Origin: Candidatus Hydrogenedentota bacterium
Lineage (GTDB): Bacteria; Hydrogenedentota; Hydrogenedentia; Hydrogenedentales; JAGMZX01
Reading direction: 5' to 3'
NCBI GenBank assembly: GCA_029556545.1
Contig: JAKQEQ010000037.1
Span: 10,315 to 74,314 of the forward strand
DNA length: 64,000 bases
The position numbers were made by a program, and so were the translations under genes. Below, one piece after another: positions 55,797 to 64,000 of this stretch. Below the pieces are notes generated by a model that saw nothing but the letters and a program-made list of their open reading frames with translations, was not told the origin of the DNA and did not search any database. Positions within the stretch are counted from its first letter, which is position 1. The number at the start of each line of letters is the position of its first letter.

Positions 55797-56041
55797 GTTG
55801 CATCCCTCCGTTTCGCGAGCATGGGGAATCAGACGGCAATCCCCCCGCTCGACGCCCTATTCCGTTGGTATAGCCTGACTTCTGCGGTAGTGTAACGACG
55901 GTATGCGGCGGCGGTCAACTGCTGATTTGGGACGCAGGTCCGCTGTGCGTCGTCTTGTGGCGGCGCGGCGGCGTGGGTAGAATCGAGCCCGGCGGAGAGA
56001 ACGCAAACAATAACCGAGACTGACAAGAGGGACGGGACTCC

Positions 56042-58417
56042 ATGTGTTATTTCTTCATAATCTTTGGGCTTGCCGCGGGGATCGTGGCGAGTACGGCGAG
56101 CGCGGATTCGATCGTGCCCCTCATGGGCGCGCATATCGTGACACGCGGCCCGGACGCGTCCCCGGCGGAGCAAATGGCGGCGCGGATACTCGTCGAGGAA
56201 ACGGCGAAACGGTGGCGCGGCGCGGCGACGAATGTCCCCGGCCCTTGGCAATTGGCCGAGGCATGGCCCGAAGCTCTGGAGCCGATCATCGCGCTCGTCT
56301 CGGGAGACATCGATACGTTACAGGGCATGCCGCTTCCGAATACGCAACGACCGAACAAGCCTGAGAGTTATGTTATTCATACGGATGCCTCCCGACCTGT
56401 CGTCTGGCTTATCGGGGCGGACGGGCGCGGGGTGTTGTACGCGGCGGGACGCCTCTTGCGCGAGTTGCAATGGAATGGGTCCTCCTTCAGCCTGGACCGT
56501 GGGCTCGACGTCTCCGAAGCGCCGGCGTATCCGCTGCGGGGCCATCAGTTGGGGTACCGCGCGCGGGCAAACTCGTATGACGCCTGGGACGCCCCGCAGT
56601 ATGAACAGTACATCCGCGAGTTGACGTTCTTTGGCACGAACGCGATCGAGAACATCCCGTTCGAGGACAGCGACCCGAGTCCGCACATGAAGTTGTCGCG
56701 CGAGGCGATGAACATCGAGATCGGGCTCATCTGCGCGGAATACGAACTCGAACATTGGATTTGGTCGCCGGCCACGTTCGATTTGACGGATACCGCGAAG
56801 CGCGCCGCGCTGCTGGAACAGCACGAGGCGTTTTTCGCCGCGTGCCCCCGGCTCGATGCGGTCTTCGTTCCCGGCGGCGACCCCGGCAATAACCATCCGA
56901 AGGAGGTGATGCCGTTTCTCGAAGAGATGGCCGGACTCCTGGCGGCGCATCATCCCGGCGCGAAGGTGTGGCTGTCGCTGCAAGGCTTCGACCCGGCGCG
57001 CACGGCTTATGCCTTCAAGTGGATCGAGGACCACCTGCCCGACTGGTTCGGCGGCGTGGTCGCGGGGCCGGGGAGCCCGCCCATCCCGGCGACGCGCGCG
57101 CGGCTACCGCGTCAGTACGGACTGCGGCATTACCCGGATATCACGCACACGGTGCGGTGCCAGTACCCGACGCCATGGTGGGACCCGGCGTTCGCGTTTA
57201 CGCTGGGTCGCGAGCCGGTGAATCCGGAACCCGTGCGCTACGCGGCGGTACACAACGTTTACGCGCCGTATACCTGCGGCTTTATCACCTATTCCGACGG
57301 CATCCACGACAATGTGAACAAGATCATCTGGAGCGCGCGCGGCTGGGACCCGAACGCCGACGTGCGCGACACGCTCATCGCGTACTGCCGCGTCTTCTTC
57401 GGCAGCGGCGTGGCCGAGCAGGCAGCGGACGGCATCCTCGCCCTTGAACGGAACTGGCAGGGGCCGCTGGCGCAGAACGGGGGCGTCGACGCGACCCTCG
57501 CCTTATGGCGGGAGCTTGAGGCGGCCGCGCCGGAACTCGCGGGGAACTGGCGGTGGCAGTCTCTCCTGCTGCGGGCGTATTACGACGCCTATGTGCGACA
57601 TCGGCTGCTGTACGAGACGGACTGCGAGGCCCGGGCGTATGCGGCGCTGGCTGGAGTGGCCAAGGAAAGCGCCGATGCCCGGATGGACCACGCGTTGGCC
57701 ATACTGCGGCAGGCCGACGAGGCGCCGGTCCGCGGCGAGTGGCGCACGCGGGTCGTGGATTTGTGCGAGGGGTTGTATCAATCCATCGGTCTGCAAACGA
57801 GCGTCGAGCAGTACGGGGCGAGCGGCGCGGAACGGGGCGCGGTACTCGATTATCTCGATATTCCGCTCAATAACCGTTGGTGGATCGAGGACGAGTTCGA
57901 GAAGGTCCGCGCGATGAGCGACGAAGCGGAGAAACTCGCGCGGCTCGGCGCGATCCGCCTGTGGGAAGACCCCGGACCCGGCGGGTATTATGACGACATC
58001 GGGAACGTCGCGAAGTCGGATCGCGTGATACGCGGCGAGGACGCGAACACGGACCCGAACAACGATCGCAGCCCGAGCCCGGACTGCATGTGGTGGCAGG
58101 ACGGGAAGACGCGGGCGCGACGATCGTGGGTGACGTATATGGACTGGCCGCTCGGGCTGCGCTATGAGGGCCTGGACCCGGAGGCGACGTACGTGGTCCG
58201 CACGACGGGGAACAGGGATTGCCTGTTGCGCGTGAACGGCGAACGGGTCAAGCCCGCGGTGGACGGCAAGGGCATCGGCGAGATCAAGGAGTTTCCGGTG
58301 CCGCAGAAGCTGCATAAGGACGGGCTGATCGTGTTGACGTTTGATCGACCGCTCGAACCGGGGATCAATTGGCGCGAGGCCTCCCGGCTCACGGAGGTCT
58401 GGCTGATCAAGAAGTAA
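56042..58417 (+). CDS. Exported glycoside hydrolase-like protein (GH67/GH20-type N-terminal domain)
   Basis: Signal peptide; ESYVI...IGADGRGVLYAAGRLLR, P.YPLRGHQLG. Confidence 0.7.
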   Translation: MCYFFIIFGLAAGIVASTASADSIVPLMGAHIVTRGPDASPAEQMAARILVEETAKRWRGAATNVPGPWQLAEAWPEALEPIIALVSGDIDTLQGMPLPNTQRPNKPESYVIHTDASRPVVWLIGADGRGVLYAAGRLLRELQWNGSSFSLDRGLDVSEAPAYPLRGHQLGYRARANSYDAWDAPQYEQYIRELTFFGTNAIENIPFEDSDPSPHMKLSREAMNIEIGLICAEYELEHWIWSPATFDLTDTAKRAALLEQHEAFFAACPRLDAVFVPGGDPGNNHPKEVMPFLEEMAGLLAAHHPGAKVWLSLQGFDPARTAYAFKWIEDHLPDWFGGVVAGPGSPPIPATRARLPRQYGLRHYPDITHTVRCQYPTPWWDPAFAFTLGREPVNPEPVRYAAVHNVYAPYTCGFITYSDGIHDNVNKIIWSARGWDPNADVRDTLIAYCRVFFGSGVAEQAADGILALERNWQGPLAQNGGVDATLALWRELEAAAPELAGNWRWQSLLLRAYYDAYVRHRLLYETDCEARAYAALAGVAKESADARMDHALAILRQADEAPVRGEWRTRVVDLCEGLYQSIGLQTSVEQYGASGAERGAVLDYLDIPLNNRWWIEDEFEKVRAMSDEAEKLARLGAIRLWEDPGPGGYYDDIGNVAKSDRVIRGEDANTDPNNDRSPSPDCMWWQDGKTRARRSWVTYMDWPLGLRYEGLDPEATYVVRTTGNRDCLLRVNGERVKPAVDGKGIGEIKEFPVPQKLHKDGLIVLTFDRPLEPGINWREASRLTEVWLIKK

Positions 58418-58459
58418 CGACGGCCGCGCCGATACGGTCGTACAGGATGAAGGGAACCC

Positions 58460-59455
58460 ATGATGACTGCTTCAACGACACAAGCGGGACGCATTCCGAC
58501 GCTGCACATCGTCGCGGACTCCATTCCGCAGGCCCATTTCCGGGCGATGAAGGCGGTATGGGAACACGGTCTTGCCATCCGCACCGAATATGACCGCAGG
58601 AACGACGCGGGCGAGTACATCGATCCGCCGAGCCGTGACGCGCGGGTGCTCATCGAGGTGCGCGATCCGTTCGCGCAGCCGCGGTTCCCGCCGACGTCGT
58701 TCTGCGAGATTGGCGCGTATATCGCCGAGATTATGGGCGTGAAGGACCACCTCGTGCTGCCGATGGCGACGCTCAAGACCGCGATCACGGGCGACCTGAC
58801 GGCGCAGGAGTGGCCGTACACGTACCACCAGCGGTTGTTCGCGCACCCGGACGTGGACGGCGGCACGGTGAACCAGATCGCGATGGCGGTCGAGCGCGTG
58901 GCGCAAACGCCGTACACGCGGCGCGCCGTGGCGACGACCTCCGTGCCCAACGTCGATCCGTATCTGAAGGAGGACATCCCGTGCCTGCGCGAGGTGCAGT
59001 TGCGGTGTCCGGAGGATGGCGACGGCGGGCTCGTCCTGAACATGAACACGATGTGGCGGTCGCGGGACTTGTACAAGGCGTGGCCCGACAACGTCATCGG
59101 CCTGACCTTCCTCATGCGCGAGGTTGCCGGCATGATCGAAGAGAAGAGCGGGCGTCCGGTCCGTGTCGGCAGCTACGCCGACTATGCCGCGTCGCTGCAC
59201 ATCTACGGGCAGGACTTCGGCGCGGTCGGCGGCGACGCGGCGCGCGGTTTGAAGAGCTTCTTCGACACCTTCGACGAGGAGACCTATCTCGCGCGGTCCC
59301 TGACGAGCGAGATGGCCGCGGAGATGCTGGTGCTGCCGCAACTGCGGCAACTGATGGCGCCGTCAAGCGCCGCGCAGTGGCGTTTTTCGGCGGAGGCAAT
59401 CGCGTTGGGCGAACGACTGATTCGAGCAATCGAGACGGGCGCCGTGATCGTATAG
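58460..59455 (+). CDS. thyA: Thymidylate synthase, divergent (archaeal-like) type
   Basis: YTYHQRL, TRRA, PCL, WRSRD..AWPDN, SLHIYG. Confidence 0.8.
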   Translation: MMTASTTQAGRIPTLHIVADSIPQAHFRAMKAVWEHGLAIRTEYDRRNDAGEYIDPPSRDARVLIEVRDPFAQPRFPPTSFCEIGAYIAEIMGVKDHLVLPMATLKTAITGDLTAQEWPYTYHQRLFAHPDVDGGTVNQIAMAVERVAQTPYTRRAVATTSVPNVDPYLKEDIPCLREVQLRCPEDGDGGLVLNMNTMWRSRDLYKAWPDNVIGLTFLMREVAGMIEEKSGRPVRVGSYADYAASLHIYGQDFGAVGGDAARGLKSFFDTFDEETYLARSLTSEMAAEMLVLPQLRQLMAPSSAAQWRFSAEAIALGERLIRAIETGAVIV

Positions 59456-59468
59456 CCTTGAGACGAGG

Positions 59469-62078
59469 TCACGGTCCCTGTCGGTCGATATAGCAGAGCA
59501 GCCGCTGCTTGAGGGAGTCCGCATGAACGCGGACGGGCGCGCCGGGCGAGAGGTCGGCGGCGTCGACAAGGTGGACCACGTCCTTGAAAGGCGCGGCCTC
59601 AGGCAGCAGTTCCGTCAGCCGGTTCGGGGCCTCCTCGAAGACGCCGCGGCGGAACCGTACGCCCTCATGATTCGGGAAGACGGCGAAGTAGAGAATATCC
59701 ATCTCGACGAGTTCGCCGAAGAAGTGCGTGCCGAGAGAGACGTCGGGCACGAGGTCGTCGCGCATGGCGACGATTTCGCAGAGCACGGCGACGGTGTTGA
59801 TCTCGGCGAACGAGACCGGCACCCCGAGCGACGGCGTCGTGGTGCCCCAGCGACCCGGGCCGAGCAACATGGTGACTGGGTTGTCCTGGGCGGCGTGCAG
59901 ATGGGTGAGCCGTCCGATCAGGCGCGCAACGGCATAGCGCTCGGTGAGTTGCAGGCGCGCATAGGACGCGGGGGCCACGTAGATGAAGCGTTCGATGAAG
60001 TCGGTGCGGCTTGGGCCGATAACGGGCCCGCGCGTTTCGATGAGGAGGTCGTCGTCCGGGATGTCGCGGGGCGGGGGCGTGGCGGCGGCGCTGCCGCGCA
60101 CCTGGAGAGGCCGGCATTGCACGAGGTTGATACGATAGGACCCGCCATTCTGGAAGTTGGCCGTGAATTCGGTGTCGACCGGGCTGCCGTAAGCGGCTTC
60201 GAGGGCGGACAGCAGCGCGCGCATATCCTCGACGAACGAGGTATTGGAGAGCAACTGCTCGAAGTCGAGTAGCATGGGCGGGGGGGTACGGCGGCCCATG
60301 GCGCGCGCTTCGCGGGCCATGGCGGGGTCGCGCGAGGCGAAGAGGTCGAGCGGCAGGGCGCCGCTTTGCGCGACCACGTCGGAGAAATCGGCGGTAACGA
60401 GGCGGTTCGCGTCCAGGTCGAGGATGTCCACCTTGCGCTGCACGTACCGCGCGCCGGCGCTCCCCGTGCCCTCGGGGCGGCGGTCGGGCGCGTTGAGGGC
60501 GACGACGCGGGTGTAGTCGTCGTCGGCGCGGTTGACGGCGCGGGTGCCGAGCCCGAAGACGATGCGGAGCACGCCCGCGTCGGGATCGATTTCCTCGCTC
60601 CAGACATAGGGGTTAAACGAGAAGCCGACGCCCGCCAAGTGGGGGTAGTAGAGGTTGCCGTGGGTGGCGCCGGAGACGCGCTGGACCAGGAGCGCCATCT
60701 GTTCGTCGCGTTCGAGGAGGCCGTGGCGCGCGCGGTAGGCGAGCGCCTCCTCTCCCATTGCGCTGGCGTAGACCTGCTTCACGGCGGACAGGAAGTCATC
60801 GAGGCGCTGGCGCTGGGAACCCTGGTTCGCGCAGAAGACGCTCTCGTACTTGCCCGCGAAGGAATTGCCGAAGTTGTCTTCGAGCAGACTGCTGGAACGC
60901 ACGATGATGGGCGACTGCCCGAAGTATTCGAGAATGCGAAGAAACTGTTCCTCGGTTTCCTCGGGAAAGGTGCCGGTGGTGATGCGTCGCCGCACGAGTT
61001 CCGCGCCTTCGAGAAAACGCATCGAGTCCTTTTGCCGTCGGCGCAGCCACCAGCAGCCGTTGCGCACGAGGAAGGTATAGAAGACGTCCGAGGCGATGTA
61101 GAAGCTGTCGTGCTCTTCGAGGAGCGTGCGCCAGCGCGGGTCGGTGCGCTTGAGGATGGCGCGGGCCAGCAACATGCCGACGGACTTGCCGCCGATAAGG
61201 CCGGTGCCCACGGTGCGCCGCCGCACGTCGAGGACGTCCTCGAGGGTAAGATGTTTTCGCGCAAGTTCGAGGACGCGGTCGTCGCGCGAGACGAGCATGC
61301 GCATCAGGCGGTCCGTCACGGCTTGCGCTTCTTCGCCGGTTTGTCGCTGTTCGAGCAGTTCCTCGGCGCGGAGGAAGGCGCGGTTCCAGACGTCGAGCGG
61401 GCCTCTCACGCTGTTGTTGAGGGGCGGGGCCGCGTCGGCGAAGACCTCGGAGATGGTGCAGCTATCCGTAACGGGGTCGAAGGCCTCGCGGTCCCACCGA
61501 TGCAGCATGTGCATGGTGGGGGAATAGCGCTGCTGGACCTTGAGCGGGCGCACGTAGAGCGTGTCGCGGCTGCGGTAAACGTCAAGAAACACCTGGCAGG
61601 TGTTGCGTATGGGGTCCGCGGCGTAGTGCGAACTCTCGCGCCTGACCAGCGCGAAATAGGCGACGTCGCCGCGGTCGAGGAGGTAGGGGCACGTGAGCAT
61701 GAAGAAGTTGGCGAGCATCTGGTCGCTGTGCCAGTGCACGGCCAGCTCGGAGAGGTTGTCGAATACGTAGAACGCGCCGCGATCGGTCTGCTCGATGACG
61801 CCGTGCACGTGGTCGAGCGCGATCTCGAAACCGGTTTTCGGGTCGACGACGTGTCGCGCGGCTGCCATGTCCTCCGGTAAGACGGGTTCGTGGTTGGCGA
61901 AGCGGAAGTAGATCAGCTTGCGTCCGGTGGTGACGGCGTATCGGGCATAGGGGCGCGCGAAGGCGCGATAGTCCTCCATGTCCTCGACGCGCAAGACGAC
62001 GTTGTCGCCGGGGATGACGCCGCGAATGAGCCGGTCCAGTTCCGGCAGGCCCGTACTCAGTTCCAGGTTGGTCTGCAA
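59469..62078 (-). CDS. PEP/pyruvate-binding (PPDK-N, ATP-grasp) protein with a degenerate KaiC/RecA-like N-terminus
   Basis: IGGKSVG, IIVRSSSLLED, FAGKYES, MALLVQ, GLGTRAV, VQCRP, GPGRWG; TTG start after AGGAGG. Confidence 0.85.
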   Translation of the reverse strand: MQTNLELSTGLPELDRLIRGVIPGDNVVLRVEDMEDYRAFARPYARYAVTTGRKLIYFRFANHEPVLPEDMAAARHVVDPKTGFEIALDHVHGVIEQTDRGAFYVFDNLSELAVHWHSDQMLANFFMLTCPYLLDRGDVAYFALVRRESSHYAADPIRNTCQVFLDVYRSRDTLYVRPLKVQQRYSPTMHMLHRWDREAFDPVTDSCTISEVFADAAPPLNNSVRGPLDVWNRAFLRAEELLEQRQTGEEAQAVTDRLMRMLVSRDDRVLELARKHLTLEDVLDVRRRTVGTGLIGGKSVGMLLARAILKRTDPRWRTLLEEHDSFYIASDVFYTFLVRNGCWWLRRRQKDSMRFLEGAELVRRRITTGTFPEETEEQFLRILEYFGQSPIIVRSSSLLEDNFGNSFAGKYESVFCANQGSQRQRLDDFLSAVKQVYASAMGEEALAYRARHGLLERDEQMALLVQRVSGATHGNLYYPHLAGVGFSFNPYVWSEEIDPDAGVLRIVFGLGTRAVNRADDDYTRVVALNAPDRRPEGTGSAGARYVQRKVDILDLDANRLVTADFSDVVAQSGALPLDLFASRDPAMAREARAMGRRTPPPMLLDFEQLLSNTSFVEDMRALLSALEAAYGSPVDTEFTANFQNGGSYRINLVQCRPLQVRGSAAATPPPRDIPDDDLLIETRGPVIGPSRTDFIERFIYVAPASYARLQLTERYAVARLIGRLTHLHAAQDNPVTMLLGPGRWGTTTPSLGVPVSFAEINTVAVLCEIVAMRDDLVPDVSLGTHFFGELVEMDILYFAVFPNHEGVRFRRGVFEEAPNRLTELLPEAAPFKDVVHLVDAADLSPGAPVRVHADSLKQRLLCYIDRQGP

Positions 62079-62100
62079 GGCGCGCCTCCTACGGGGACTC

Positions 62101-62152
62101 GGAGACAGGCACGTCTCCCCCGCGAAGCGCGGGGTCGCTTGTGCCAGTCCCC
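62101..62152. repeat. REP-like inverted element between gdhA and the PPDK-N gene
   Basis: GGAGACAGGCAC ... GTGCCAGTCCCC arms around an inner CCCCGCG-AAG-CGCGGGG hairpin. Confidence 0.5.
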
Positions 62153-62204
62153 ATCCATCGGGGCGGGCCGGCGCGCGGCCGGCCTTCGCCCGCACGATCC
62201 GCGA

Positions 62205-63716
<1,512 letters not shown>

Positions 63717-63914
63717 TCAAGCGACGATCAAAGCGCGCAACCACGCCGTATTTGCGATAATTATTGACTTGATCGCATCACAATGCGTGGCGAGGCCTCG
63801 ATGTTGTTCAGTATGCTATACGGCAAAACTGCCGGTTTATCTTGATTCTTGGTTGCGGGCGTGCTACGGTACCGTTCCGGAACCACAACAACGTACCAAG
63901 GGGAAGAGCGACCG

Positions 63915-64000
63915 ATGGACTTGAAGACACGACGGCGGATGGTGGCGATCCTGCGCGTGTTGCGCGATCTGGCCGGCCCGGCGGGCAGCGACCGCATCGC
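63915..64000 (+). CDS. Start of a winged-helix regulator, probably NrpR (truncated by the window)
   Basis: MDLKTRRRMVAILRVLRDLAGPAGSDRI resembles the NrpR N-terminus; context next to gdhA; only 28 codons visible. Confidence 0.6.
   Translation, partial: MDLKTRRRMVAILRVLRDLAGPAGSDRI

Overview
This is GC-rich bacterial DNA. The (Glu-Gly)n linkers and C-terminal sorting tails suggest Candidatus Hydrogenedentota (inference). Positions 1-30707 are an integrative element abutting the 3' end of a tRNA-Ser(CGA) gene (30708-30797, minus); its P4-like tyrosine integrase runs off the left window edge. The element carries: (i) a leftward operon of small hypothetical genes; (ii) a SNF2 helicase + GHKL-nuclease + type III R-M cassette, with an inverted-repeat-flanked GxxExxY gene between mod and res and G-tract repeats at both cassette ends; (iii) a self-contained replication module of an SF3-like helicase, a stand-alone primase Zn-binding ORF, and a Toprim domain fused to a family A DNA polymerase with unusual active-site residues; (iv) a solitary type I-G-like CRISPR repeat; and (v) a two-gene HEPN-SNF2 + GHKL-HNH-like candidate defence module bracketed by ~220-bp direct repeats of the element end. 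Positions 30800-64000 are host chromosome: a porin, glycan-active proteins, mltG, ruvX, aroB, csp, surface proteins, thyA, a PPDK-N protein, gdhA and the start of nrpR, with scattered 9-bp-periodic and REP-like repeats. All calls come from reading motifs by eye; no database search was run.
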